From: an uncultured delta proteobacterium
GTDB lineage: Bacteria; Myxococcota_A; Polyangia; Polyangiales; Polyangiaceae
Reading direction: 5' to 3'
Length of the DNA: 64,000 nt
NCBI GenBank assembly: GCA_963841435.1
Contig: CAWJCS010000006.1
Coordinates: 32,001-96,000, forward strand
The notes beneath the pieces are model-generated. The model was given only the letters and a program-made list of their open reading frames with translations, did no database searches and was not told where the DNA came from. The position numbers and the translations under genes are program-made. Positions 10,377 to 20,117 of the stretch are shown here, one piece after another; positions within the stretch are counted from its first letter, which is position 1, and each line of letters begins with the position of its first letter.

Positions 10377-11669
10377 ATGCTCGGCCTCACGCGCTATCAA
10401 TGGCTCGTTCTGTTCGCGGCCTGGCTCGGCTGGGGCTTCAACGTCTTCGACGGGCTGCTCTTCAATTTCGTCGCGCCCATCTGCGTGCCGAACCTGCTCG
10501 GGCTGTCGCCGTCGGATCCCGCCACGCGCCAGCAGACCGTGTTCTGGACCGCTTCGCTCACGAGCCTCTTGCTGCTCGGCTGGGCGCTCGGGGGCATTCT
10601 GTTCGGCAAGATCACCGACCGGCTCGGTCGCACGCGGACGCTGCTCGTCACGATGCTCACCTACGCGCTCGCCACGGCCGCGTGCGCGTTCGCCCCGAAC
10701 ATCTGGGTGCTCGCGGCCTTTCGCTTCGTCGCGAGCCTCGGCATCGGCGGTGAGTGGGCCGCCGGCGCGGCGCTCGTCGCGGAAACCGTACCCAAGGAAA
10801 AACGGGTGCTCGGCGGCGCGCTGCTCTACACGTCGGCGCCTGCGGGTCTGTTCCTCGCGACGTTCGTCAACGACCTTTTGACGCGCCAGATCGGCGTGAT
10901 CGCCTCGGACCCGAGCCGCTCCTGGCGCGTGGTCTTCCTGACGGGCCTCATCCCCGCCGCCGTCGCGATCGCCATCCGCCTTCGCATCCAGGAGCCGGCG
11001 GTCTGGAAGCCGGAAAGGGAACCGCGCATCGCCGAGCTGTTCGCTCCGGACCTCCGGCGCCGCACGCTCGGCGGGATGGCGATGGCCATCGTCGCGCTCG
11101 TCACCTGGTGGAGCTGCAGCGCTTTCATTCCCGTGGTGGCAAGCTCCCTCGCGGGCGACCTCACGCCGACGCTCGCTCCCGCCGCGCTCGCCCTCAAAAA
11201 GACCGAGTTCATCACGCGCGGGACCACCGCCTTCAACCTCGGCGGGCTGATCGGTACGCTTCTCACCGTGCCCGTCGCCGTCCACTTCGGACGGCGGCCG
11301 ATGTACCTCGTCTACTTCCTCTTGAGCGCGGGTGCGCTCCTGCTCACGTTTGGGCCCGCGTGGCCGCCCGAGATCCGTCTCCTGCTGCTCTTCACGGTCG
11401 GCCTCACGGTGTTCGGTGTCTTCGGCTCGTTCACGTTCTATCTACCCGAGCTCTTTCCGACCCGCCTTCGGGGCACGGGCTCGGGCTTCACGTACAACGT
11501 CGGGCGCATCATCACGGCCGCCTTTCCGTTCGCCGTGGGCGCGGTCGCCCGCGGGGGAACGGACCCGCTCCTCATCATGAGCGCCGTCGCCGCGGCTCCC
11601 GCGCTGGGCGCCTTGCTCGTGCTGCTCGGCGTCGCCGTGGAAACCAAGGGCGAGCGCGCCGAGGCCTGA
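10377..11669 (+). CDS. MFS transporter (sugar/sialate/aromatic-acid symporter-like)
   Basis: About 12 TM helices; GKITDRLGRTR, GIGGEWAAG, ELFPTRLRGTG. Confidence 0.9.
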   Translation: MLGLTRYQWLVLFAAWLGWGFNVFDGLLFNFVAPICVPNLLGLSPSDPATRQQTVFWTASLTSLLLLGWALGGILFGKITDRLGRTRTLLVTMLTYALATAACAFAPNIWVLAAFRFVASLGIGGEWAAGAALVAETVPKEKRVLGGALLYTSAPAGLFLATFVNDLLTRQIGVIASDPSRSWRVVFLTGLIPAAVAIAIRLRIQEPAVWKPEREPRIAELFAPDLRRRTLGGMAMAIVALVTWWSCSAFIPVVASSLAGDLTPTLAPAALALKKTEFITRGTTAFNLGGLIGTLLTVPVAVHFGRRPMYLVYFLLSAGALLLTFGPAWPPEIRLLLLFTVGLTVFGVFGSFTFYLPELFPTRLRGTGSGFTYNVGRIITAAFPFAVGAVARGGTDPLLIMSAVAAAPALGALLVLLGVAVETKGERAEA

Positions 11670-11697
11670 CGAGTCCTCGCCGCTCGCGTGGCCGCGG

Positions 11698-12361
11698 CTA
11701 AAACCTGAGCTTCCACGCGCGCACGAGCGTCATGTCTCCGAGCCGGGCGGGGTCGCGCGTCACCTCCCACGTCACGTAGAGCCGGCCGTCGCTCGACAAG
11801 AGCTCGGGGGCGATCTCCACGACCGGAAAGATGCCGGCGAACGTCGCGACCACGGCCGCATCGAACTCCGCGACCCCGCTCGAGCTCACGATGCCCTTGT
11901 CGGCGAGCGCGCCGGTCTCGCCGTCGATGACGAGCTCCACCGTCGTCGTCAGCGTCGGATCGGAGAGCCGGTGATCGGCCGGTAGCGATTTCAGCGACTC
12001 GAGGAACGAGCCCGCGAAAACCCGTTCGAGACAGGCGTCAACGCGCGCAAGGTACGCGTCGAGGCTCGCGCGCCCCTCGTCAACCGGCGTGGGGCGGCCG
12101 CCGTTCGCCTGCGCCTGGTAGCGGCCGAGCTCGTCGGCCCAGGCGTTGAACGTCGACCGATCCGAGCGTGGGCTTCGGGAGCTCGTGCGGAGCCTCGCAA
12201 TGGGGCAACGGCGGGGGCGCGGGCGCGCTCGGCGTGGCGCTCGCTCCGGTTTGTCCCCTCGGAGGTGTGCTCGGCGTCGCAGGCGCACTTTTCGGCGCTG
12301 GCGCGCTCCCGGCGCAGCCGCTCGCCACGAGCACGACGACGAGGGCAAGAGGCACCTGCAC
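11698..12361 (-). CDS. Lipoprotein with Pro-rich linker and TonB-C-terminal-like domain, with a one-base frameshift at ~12151
   Basis: Lipobox VASGC and Pro-rich linker in one frame; ELVIDGETG...IVSSSGVAEFDAAVV...SSDGRLYVTW in the next frame. Confidence 0.55.
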
Positions 12362-12426
12362 GGGACGGGCGCATCATGGCGTGTTTCGGACGAGGGGGCT
12401 ATGCTCGGCACCACACGTCCGTGGTC

Positions 12427-14316
12427 ATGAGCGCCGTAAGAATAGCCCTCTTGTACCCGCCGCCGTGGAAGATCCCCGCGCCCGGCGCTCCGCCCGATCC
12501 CTCGGGCGACGGCCCACCTCTGGACTTTCGCGCGGGCGACCTCGACGCGGATTTCTACCAGACACCGTACGGCCTGTTCGCCCTCGGCGCGCAGGCGGTT
12601 CGCGCCGGGCACCGCGTGAGGGTGCTCAACCTCTCCGCCTTCGAGTGGCCCCGCGTCGAGGCGGCGATCCGCGCGCTCGACGCCGACGTGTTCGGCCTGT
12701 CGTGTTGGACGGCCAATCGCCGCGGCGTCGCGCTCGTGGCGCGCGCCATCCGCCGCTTTCACCCGAACGCCCGCATCGTGATTGGCGGGCCGCATGCGAC
12801 GCCGCTCGCCCGCGAGATGCTCGAGCACCACCCGGAGATCGATTGCGTGACGCTCGGGGAGAGCGACGGCGCGTTCGCCGAGCTGGTCAACCGCGTCGGG
12901 GCGGGGCGTGATCTCGCGGGGCTCGCCGGGGCGCTCGTGCGCACCCCCACGGGAATCGAGGTGGGGCCGAAGCGAGAGAGCGTGAAGGATCTCGATACGC
13001 TCGAATGCCCACACCGCTACTACGGGACGCACATCGTGATGACGTCGCGCGGCTGCCCCTGGGCTTGCACCTTCTGCGGCGCCGAGACCACGTGGGGACG
13101 CGGTTTTCGCGGCCATTCGGTGCCCTACGTCCTCGACATGCTGGAGGCGGCGCTCGCCCGCGTGCGCGTGCGCATGATCCAGATCAAGGACGACACGTTC
13201 ACCACCAACAAGAAGCGCGTCATCGAGCTTTGTCGCGGCATCCGCGAGCGCAAGCTCAATTTCTTGTGGAGCTGCGACACGCGCGTCAACGTGCTGAACG
13301 AGGACCTGCTCCGCGAGATGCGCCTCGCCGGTTGCCAGCGGCTGTCGCTCGGCGTCGAATCGGGCTCACAGCGTATCCTCGACGCCATCCACAAGAACAT
13401 CACCGTCGACGAGATCGTCGAGGCCGCGGAAATGGCCAAGCGCTACGGCGTCCACGTGCGCTTTTACATGATGCTCGGCAATCGCGGCGAAACGCGCGAG
13501 TCGTTCGAGGAGACGCTCCGTTTTCTCGAGCGGGCCAAGCCTCATCAGTACATCTTCTCGTGCCTGTCGGTGTTTCCCGGAACGGGGGACTTTCACGAGG
13601 CGGAGCGCGTCGGCTGGCTCGATCGCGAGCTTTACTTCACGTCCGATTTCCAGGAGCTCAAGCTGCCGTTCGACGCCTCCGAGGAAGACACGCAGCTCTT
13701 GAACGACTGGTTCGTAAAGAATTGCGGCCTGCGCGAGGTGTTTCACCCGTCGGCCGACGATTGCCGCGCCGTGCTCGAGCGGCTCGGCGACCACCACGCA
13801 GCCCAGCTCGATCTCGCGGGAGCGCTGTTTCGCGAGGGCGATCTCGACGGCGCGGCGCGCGCGGCCCGCCGTGCCCTCGAGCTCGACCATCCGACGCCGG
13901 GCCTCGTCCACAATCTGCTCGCCTGTGTCGCGTATCGGCGCGGTGACATCGCCGCCATGCAGGACGCCTTCATGGTCGGCGCGAAGATCGACCCGCAGCA
14001 CCATGTGCTCATGAAGAACGTGGAGGCGGCGCGCGCCTGGTTTCGCGAGCGCGGTCCGGAGCGCGGCGTGCCGCTCGAGCTTTCGGCGCGCCACGATTTC
14101 CAGCTCTTCGAGCGCACGGCGCAGCCCACGCTGCCCGGTCCGCTGCCCGACGACTTCGCCGACTGGGCGGCGACGCCGGAGCCCGTCGGTACGCCGCCGC
14201 GCGCACGCGAGCACGCGCCGCTCGATTTCTTCCCCGACCCCGAGAGCGTGATGCGCCTCGACGTGGGCAACGAACCGATCGATTTTCGCGGCAAGAAGCT
14301 CAAGGTCCTGGCTTGA
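12427..14316 (+). CDS. Cobalamin-binding radical SAM protein (class B-like) with C-terminal TPR-like region
   Basis: B12-domain DVFGLSC...IVIGGPHAT; SRGCPWACTFC (CxxxCxxC); GVESGSQRIL; helical repeats at the C-terminus. Confidence 0.9.
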   Translation: MSAVRIALLYPPPWKIPAPGAPPDPSGDGPPLDFRAGDLDADFYQTPYGLFALGAQAVRAGHRVRVLNLSAFEWPRVEAAIRALDADVFGLSCWTANRRGVALVARAIRRFHPNARIVIGGPHATPLAREMLEHHPEIDCVTLGESDGAFAELVNRVGAGRDLAGLAGALVRTPTGIEVGPKRESVKDLDTLECPHRYYGTHIVMTSRGCPWACTFCGAETTWGRGFRGHSVPYVLDMLEAALARVRVRMIQIKDDTFTTNKKRVIELCRGIRERKLNFLWSCDTRVNVLNEDLLREMRLAGCQRLSLGVESGSQRILDAIHKNITVDEIVEAAEMAKRYGVHVRFYMMLGNRGETRESFEETLRFLERAKPHQYIFSCLSVFPGTGDFHEAERVGWLDRELYFTSDFQELKLPFDASEEDTQLLNDWFVKNCGLREVFHPSADDCRAVLERLGDHHAAQLDLAGALFREGDLDGAARAARRALELDHPTPGLVHNLLACVAYRRGDIAAMQDAFMVGAKIDPQHHVLMKNVEAARAWFRERGPERGVPLELSARHDFQLFERTAQPTLPGPLPDDFADWAATPEPVGTPPRAREHAPLDFFPDPESVMRLDVGNEPIDFRGKKLKVLA

Positions 14317-15146
14317 GCGCCGTTCCGCCCAATCCCGTCCCAAGCGCCGGCACAGACGGTGCGCTCGTCTGCCGGCCCATTGGTGTCGTACGCTCGCCGT
14401 TTCAGGAGCGTGCCGCTGCGCCGCGGCAGACCGCGAACGCGCGCGAGGTTCACGGCACCATCGAGCTTTTCCCGGGGCAGGGCTACGAGCACGCTGTCGA
14501 CGACCTCGATCGCTGGCCGTACCTGTGGGTGCTCTTCTGGTTTCACTTGAATCAGGGCTGGCGACCCAAGGTGCTGCCGCCGCGCAGCGCGCGACGCCGG
14601 GGGCTCTTCGCAACGCGCGCGCCGTACCGGCCCAATCCGATCGGCCTCAGCGTCGTGAAGCTCGAGCGCGTCGAGGGGCTCGTGCTCCACGTCAGCGGGC
14701 TCGACATGCTCGACGGGACGCCCGTGCTCGATCTCAAGCCGTACGTTCCGTACGCGGACGCGCTCGGCGATGCGCAGGGCGGCTGGCTCGAGAGCGCGCT
14801 CGATCCGCTCGCGCCGTTCGCCGTCGAGGTGGCGCCCGAGGCCGAGGCGCAGCTCGGCTACCTGAAGCAGACGTTCGGCATCGATCTTTTGCCGTCGCTC
14901 GAAAAGGTGCTGGCGCTCGGCCCGCAGCAGCATCCGTACCGCCGCATCAGAAAGCAGGGTGGCGGGCTCGTGCTCGCGGTGAAAGATTGGCGGGCACGCT
15001 TCGAGGTCGTCGATCGGGTGGTGCGCGTGACGGCGATCCACAGCGGTTATCGTGCGCGCGAGCTCGCGCTCGACGAGGACCCCGCGCTCGATCCGCACCG
15101 GGCGTTCGAGCGCGAGTTCGGCGCGAGCGCTAGCCGAGCACGCTGA
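14313..15146 (+). CDS. trmO: tRNA t6A37 N6-methyltransferase TrmO (TsaA/YaeB)
   Basis: PIGVVRSPF, APRQ, GLFATRAPYRPNPIGLSVV, GLDMLDGTPVLDLKPYVPYAD. 4-bp overlap with the radical SAM gene. Confidence 0.9.
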   Translation: MSAVPPNPVPSAGTDGALVCRPIGVVRSPFQERAAAPRQTANAREVHGTIELFPGQGYEHAVDDLDRWPYLWVLFWFHLNQGWRPKVLPPRSARRRGLFATRAPYRPNPIGLSVVKLERVEGLVLHVSGLDMLDGTPVLDLKPYVPYADALGDAQGGWLESALDPLAPFAVEVAPEAEAQLGYLKQTFGIDLLPSLEKVLALGPQQHPYRRIRKQGGGLVLAVKDWRARFEVVDRVVRVTAIHSGYRARELALDEDPALDPHRAFEREFGASASRAR

Positions 15147-15202
15147 GCGCGCGGTTCTCCAGTGACCCTTGGCTTCTTCGCGGCGTGACCGCTGACCGGG
15201 TG

Positions 15203-15218
15203 CGGCACGCTCCTTGCT
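15203..15218 (+). promoter_or_regulatory. Sigma-54 (-24/-12) promoter candidate
   Basis: CGGCACGCTCCTTGCT matches YGGCACG-N4-TTGCW immediately upstream of CDS 15232. Confidence 0.55.
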
Positions 15219-15231
15219 CCTGCCGCTCACC

Positions 15232-15855
15232 ATGGTGCGATCTTTTTGGTGGATGGCCGCGGTGCTTTCAGGGGTTCTCGTGGCGCCCCGCGCGGCAGCG
15301 GAGCCCGCTGTCGAGCTGAAGCCGCCGGCGACCGCCGACGAGCCGCGCGAGGCGCCGCCGCCGCCCGTGCCACCCCGCTACCTCGACTATCGACCCCACC
15401 TTTTGGGCTTGGATCTCGCGTCGCTCGGCCTCGTGGCCGCCGCGATCGCCGTGAATGGCAAGGGGTCCGAGGCGCTTGCGTGGTCGAGCCTCGGCCTTTA
15501 CGCGTTCGGAGCGCCGCTGGTGCACGTCGCGTACGAAAAGCCCGTGCGCGCGCTCGCAAGTCTCGGAATGCGCCTTGGTTTTCCCGTCGCAGGCGGCGCG
15601 CTCGGGCTTCTGCTCGCCGCACCGAGCTGCAACTCGTCGACGGACGACGAGGGTTGGAGATGCGTGGGCGCGGTGATCGGCCTCGGCGGCCTGGGCGTGG
15701 TCGCCGGCGGCCTGACGGCCATCATCATCGACGATGCTTTCCTCGGCAAAGTGGAGCTACCGCCAGTCGCCGAGCGTCGCCTGAGCCTGACCATGGCCCC
15801 GCTCTTGGATGCGCGCGCCCGCTCGGTTGGGCTTTCCGTCGCGGGAGCGTTTTGA
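15232..15855 (+). CDS. Hypothetical exported membrane protein (signal peptide, Pro-rich stretch, Gly-rich TM hairpins, C-terminal aromatic)
   Basis: Signal ending PRAAA; several hydrophobic Gly-rich helices; ends GLSVAGAF. Confidence 0.65.
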   Translation: MVRSFWWMAAVLSGVLVAPRAAAEPAVELKPPATADEPREAPPPPVPPRYLDYRPHLLGLDLASLGLVAAAIAVNGKGSEALAWSSLGLYAFGAPLVHVAYEKPVRALASLGMRLGFPVAGGALGLLLAAPSCNSSTDDEGWRCVGAVIGLGGLGVVAGGLTAIIIDDAFLGKVELPPVAERRLSLTMAPLLDARARSVGLSVAGAF

Positions 15856-15892
15856 GCACGTGCCCGCCCGGCACGGGAGCGTGCTCTTTTTG

Positions 15893-16648
15893 CTACAGCA
15901 GCCGTGTGGTTTCGATCACGGGGAACAGGCACGCGACGCGCCAGCCAACGTCGGCGGAGCCCTCGACGACGACCGCGCCGCCGTGCGCCTCCACCGTGCT
16001 CTTGACGACCGCGAGCTCGAACCCGAAGCCGCTCGCCGGGCCCGATGGCCTTTGCCGTCCGGCTTCGCCGCCCTCGACGCAAAGCTCGACGTAGCGTCCA
16101 CTCGGCAGCTCCGAGCAGGCGACGTTCCGCGCCTCCCCGAGGTCGACGGCCTGCACGCTGACGGCGAGCGTGGTGCCGGCGTCCGAGCGCTCCGCGGACC
16201 CGCCGATCAGGCTGATGAGGAGCTGGTGCACCGCCATCTCGTCGGCCAGCACCTGCTCGCGCAGGGGAAGCAACGCGACGCGAATGTTCACCTCGGTTGG
16301 TATCGTGACGCGCAGGAGCGCCACCGCCTCGCTCACGACGCGCGCGAGATCGAGCTGGGCTCGCGGCGCGCTCTTCTGCCGTGCACAGCGCTGGTAGAGT
16401 TCCACGATCGCCTTGCCCCGGGACGCGAGCGCGACGAGAGACGCACCACCTTCCCGCACGTCCGGGTCCGCCGCACCGAGCCACGCTTCGCCCGTCGTGC
16501 CGATCGCCACGAACAGCTCGCCGAGCTCCTCGGCGAAGGGGGTCGCGAGCGCACCGAGGGCTGCGAGCTTTCGGGTGGCAGCGAGCTCAGCCGCCAGGGC
16601 GGCATCTCGCGTCGGAGAACCCTCCGTCGTCGCCCTCGAATCGGTCAT
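15893..16648 (-). CDS. Histidine-kinase homolog with degenerate H, N, G1 and G2 boxes (pseudokinase)
   Basis: RKLAALGALATPFAEELGEL (H-box position has Glu), DLARVVSEAVALLR, QLLISLIGGSA, GRYVELCVEGG, GFGFELAVVKSTVEAHGG. Confidence 0.7.
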   Translation of the reverse strand: MTDSRATTEGSPTRDAALAAELAATRKLAALGALATPFAEELGELFVAIGTTGEAWLGAADPDVREGGASLVALASRGKAIVELYQRCARQKSAPRAQLDLARVVSEAVALLRVTIPTEVNIRVALLPLREQVLADEMAVHQLLISLIGGSAERSDAGTTLAVSVQAVDLGEARNVACSELPSGRYVELCVEGGEAGRQRPSGPASGFGFELAVVKSTVEAHGGAVVVEGSADVGWRVACLFPVIETTRLL

Positions 16649-16884
16649 CAGCTACCAGACACAGAATCCTAGGACGATAGCTCCGCCTGGCGCAAGTCTT
16701 TGGCCTGCCGATTTTGCGCGCAGTTTCGCGGGGTTCTTGCGTCCTCGTCGCCCTTCGGTCGCGCCCGGCCGCGGCGCTTGTGGGTCACGGCGACGCGGAA
16801 AGGTTTCGGCAGGTTTGCGACAGGAAAGCCCTCCGACATCGAATCGCAACATTGTCGGGGCGAGGGTTACCGCCGAGGTTCCTC

Positions 16885-17943
16885 ATGAAGAACATCCTTC
16901 TCGTCCTTGGCCTGCTCCTGCCTTTCTCCCCCGCCTGCAGCAAGAAGGAGCCAGCTCCGGAACCCGCGGCGGATACAGCTGCGGCGAGCGCGAGTGAAGC
17001 CCCCGCCCCCGCGCCGCCTCCCGAGCCGACGGGCCCGGCCCTCAAGATCGCCTACAGCGACTGGCCCGGCTGGATCGCCTGGGACATCGCCATCAAGAAC
17101 GGGTGGTTCAAAGAAGCCGGCGTTGCGGTCGACTTCGTGTGGTTCGAATACGTGCCGTCGATGGACGCCTTTGCGGCGGGCAAGGTCGACGCCGTGGCCA
17201 TGACCAATGGTGATGCGCTCGTCACCGGCTCGAGCGGCGCGCCCAGCAAGTGCATCTTGATGAACGACTATTCGAACGGCAACGACATGATCGTCGCCAA
17301 ACCAGGCATCAAGACCGTCGCCGACCTCAAGGGCAAGAAAATCGGCGTCGAGGTCGGCTTCGTCGACCACCTCCTTCTGCTCAAGGCGCTCGAGAGCGCC
17401 AAGCTCACGGAGAAGGACGTCACCATCAAAAACGTCACCACCGACCAGACGCCGCAGGCGCTCAAGTCCGGCGCAGTCGACGCCATCGCCGCGTGGCAGC
17501 CGAACAGCGGTCAGGCGCTCAAGGAGCTGCCGGGCTCCACTCCGATCTTCACGAGCGCCGACGCCCCCGGCCTCATCTTCGATCACCTCTGCGTGAACCC
17601 GAAGAGCCTTGCCGAGCGCCGCGCCGACTGGGTGAAGGTCGTGAAGGTGTGGTTCAAGGTCGCAAGCTTCATCAAGGACGAGAAGAACATCGACGACGCG
17701 GCCAAGATCATGGGCGCTCGCGTCAAGCTTCCCGGCGACGAGTACAAGGCCTTCATGAAGGGCACGTTCTATCTCGACTCCGCGGGCAACACGAAGGCCT
17801 TCGAGAAGGGTGAGGGCCTCGATTCCGTGTTTGGCTCGAGCAAGATCGTCGACGCGTTCTTCACGAAGTACAAGATGTACAAGGCGCCCGTGAAGTACGA
17901 GGACTATTTCGACTCGAGCGTCGTCGAGGAAGCGCTCAAGTAG
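16885..17943 (+). CDS. ABC substrate-binding lipoprotein, urea-carboxylase-associated (NMT1/SsuA-like); likely binds guanidine
   Basis: Lipobox [38 protein letters not shown]. First gene of the carboxylase cluster. Confidence 0.85.
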   Translation: MKNILLVLGLLLPFSPACSKKEPAPEPAADTAAASASEAPAPAPPPEPTGPALKIAYSDWPGWIAWDIAIKNGWFKEAGVAVDFVWFEYVPSMDAFAAGKVDAVAMTNGDALVTGSSGAPSKCILMNDYSNGNDMIVAKPGIKTVADLKGKKIGVEVGFVDHLLLLKALESAKLTEKDVTIKNVTTDQTPQALKSGAVDAIAAWQPNSGQALKELPGSTPIFTSADAPGLIFDHLCVNPKSLAERRADWVKVVKVWFKVASFIKDEKNIDDAAKIMGARVKLPGDEYKAFMKGTFYLDSAGNTKAFEKGEGLDSVFGSSKIVDAFFTKYKMYKAPVKYEDYFDSSVVEEALK

Positions 17944-17952
17944 CTCGGAGCT

Positions 17953-19057
17953 ATGGCGCAGCCGAACGACGAGGAGCTCGACGCTTCCAGCTTCGACCCG
18001 ATGGCGAAGCCGGTGCGGCCGCGGCTCCTCGCCGTGCGCCAGCCGCTCTCGCCGCGAGCGAGCGCCCTCACCGGAGTGTTCGCGTTCCTCGTGCCGCTCG
18101 CGCTCTGGTGCATCGTCAGCTACGTGCCCTTCGTCTGGCACCCCGCCGTGCTCGTCACCGACGCGGGGGACACCAGCGTGCCGGGCACGTACTCGTACGT
18201 CGCGGAAGGGCAGCTCGTCGACAAGGAGGTCTTCGCCGCCCGCAACCAGGAGCTTTTGGCGAAGGGTGCGCGCCCCGCACGAGGAAAACGCTCGAACCCG
18301 ATCTACTTGCAGCCGCCGCACGCCGTCGCGCGCGCACTCTACACGGCGTTCACGACGCCCCCCGAGGGTCTGGGTGACGTTCTGGTTCCACGAGAGCCTA
18401 TGGCGGAGCTGCCAGGTCATCTTCTGGGGCTTCTTCTGGTCGGCATTGCTCGGCGTTCCGCTCGGCATCCTGTGCGGCACCTTCTCGCTGTTCTCGAGGT
18501 TGTTCGAACCGTTCGTCGACTTCGTGCGCTACATGCCCGCGCCCGTGTTCGGCGCGCTCGCCGTGACGGTGCTCGGTCTCGCCGACGAGCCGAAGATCGC
18601 CATCATCTTCATCGGCACCTTCTTCCAAATGGTGCTCGTCGTCGCGAACACGACGCGCTCGGTCGACGTGCAGCTCTTGCACGCCGCGCAGACGCTCGGC
18701 GCCAAGAACGTGAGGCTCGTCACGTCGGTCGTGATTCCAGGCGCGCTGCCAGCGCTCTACCGCGACATGCGCATTCTCATCGGGTGGGCCTGGACCTACC
18801 TCGTGGTTGCCGAGCTAATCGGCGAAAAGTCGGGGCTTTCGGCGTTCATCTACCAGCAGCAGCGCTACCGGCACTTCGACAACGTCTATGCCGCGATCGC
18901 CATCATCGGCATTGCGGGGCTCGTCATCGATCAGCTGCTCGCGTTCCTCGGGCGCCATATTTTCCCCTGGGAGAGCGGCAACACCAAGCTCCTGCGCCTG
19001 GCACGCGGCTTTCGGCGTGTGCTGCCCGGGGGTCTGGCGCCGGCGCGTGCCGCCTGA
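17953..19057 (+). CDS. ABC permease (NitT/TauT family), with a one-base frameshift at ~18380
   Basis: N-terminal half in one frame; [25 protein letters not shown] (EAA-loop), [11 protein letters not shown] in the next frame. Confidence 0.85.
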
Positions 19058-19068
19058 GGTCCCCGAAC

Positions 19069-19935
19069 GTGCGCGTCGACGACCAGCTTTCACTGCCGAG
19101 CTATCTCGATCACCCGCCGGAAACGACGGCGCGCATCGCCGAGCTCGCCGCGCGGCCCGTCGTGATGAGCGTCGAGGCGCTGACACGCGACTTCGAGAGC
19201 CCGGGCGGGCAGCTCGTGACGGCGCTGTCGCGCATCACCTTCGAGGTGAGAAAGCGCGAGTTCATCAGCGTGATTGGGCCGTCGGGCTGTGGCAAATCCA
19301 CGTTGATCCGCATTCTCGCAGGTCTCGACTATCCGACGAGCGGCGAGGTGCGGCTCGACGCGCGCCCCGTCGTCGGTCCCGGCGCCGATCGCGGCATGGT
19401 GTTCCAGGGTTACACGCTCTTTCCCTGGCTCACCGTGAAAAAGAACGTGATGTTCGGCCTGAAGATGAAAGGCGTGTCGGGCGCCCGGGCCGACAAGATC
19501 GCGCGCGACTGGCTCGAGATCGTCGGGCTCGGCGGCGTCGCCGACCAGTACCCCTCCCAGCTCTCGGGCGGGATGAAGCAGCGCGTCGCCATCGCGCGCG
19601 CCCTGGCGAACGAGCCGCGCATCATGCTCATGGACGAGCCGTTCGGCGCGCTCGATGCGCAGACGCGCGCGAGCATGCAGGCGCACCTCCTCCGGATCTG
19701 GGAGCAGGTGGACGTCACCGTGCTTTTCATCACGCACGACCTCGACGAGGCGGTGTACCTGTCCGACCGGATCGTCGTCTTGGGCGCGAATCCGGGTCGG
19801 ATCCTCGAGATCATCGACGTGCCCGTCGCCCGCCCGCGCCGACCCCAGCAGTTCCTTTCGGGGCACTTTTTGGCCACGAAGAAGCGCCTCGAGGAGCTGA
19901 TCCACCGACCCGAAGCCGCCGCCCCCGCTGCCTGA
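19069..19935 (+). CDS. ABC ATP-binding protein (NitT/TauT family)
   Basis: [31 protein letters not shown]. The start codon is approximate. Confidence 0.92.
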   Translation: MRVDDQLSLPSYLDHPPETTARIAELAARPVVMSVEALTRDFESPGGQLVTALSRITFEVRKREFISVIGPSGCGKSTLIRILAGLDYPTSGEVRLDARPVVGPGADRGMVFQGYTLFPWLTVKKNVMFGLKMKGVSGARADKIARDWLEIVGLGGVADQYPSQLSGGMKQRVAIARALANEPRIMLMDEPFGALDAQTRASMQAHLLRIWEQVDVTVLFITHDLDEAVYLSDRIVVLGANPGRILEIIDVPVARPRRPQQFLSGHFLATKKRLEELIHRPEAAAPAA

Positions 19936-19994
19936 GTCGCGCCATCGCCGAAACCCGCGCGAAACACGCGCACTTTATGCTCCAGCCTCGGCTC

Positions 19995-20070
19995 GACCGG
20001 GACGACCCGGTCCGTCCCGGTCGCGGCTCGCCGCACCGGGTTGCAAGGGCCGTGGCCGGGACGACCCGGC
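19995..20070 (+). ncRNA. Guanidine-II (mini-ykkC) riboswitch with an extended, structured linker
   Basis: Two GC-rich hairpins with ACGA tetraloops: GACCGGG-ACGA-CCCGGTC (19995-20012) and GCCGGG-ACGA-CCCGGC (20055-20070), ~50 nt upstream of the cgdA start. Confidence 0.85.
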
Positions 20071-20117
20071 ATCGAATCGCCGGGGCTCCGCCAAAGCCTC
20101 GGTAAAGGAGCCCGTCG

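Noticed and set aside
14820-15060. RelE/ParE-like toxin at the end of trmO
   Set aside because: It is in frame with TrmO and corresponds to its usual C-terminal domain; no antitoxin gene is present.
16691-16706. Sigma-54 promoter for the pseudokinase (minus strand AGGCCAAAGACTTGCG)
   Set aside because: GG-N10-GC spacing and TTGC are present, but the -24 element is a poor match, so it is too weak to call.
17953-19935. 660-aa permease-ATPase fusion from the ORF track
   Set aside because: Artefact of the frameshift at ~18380; the middle of this ORF is off-frame nonsense overlapping the real permease.
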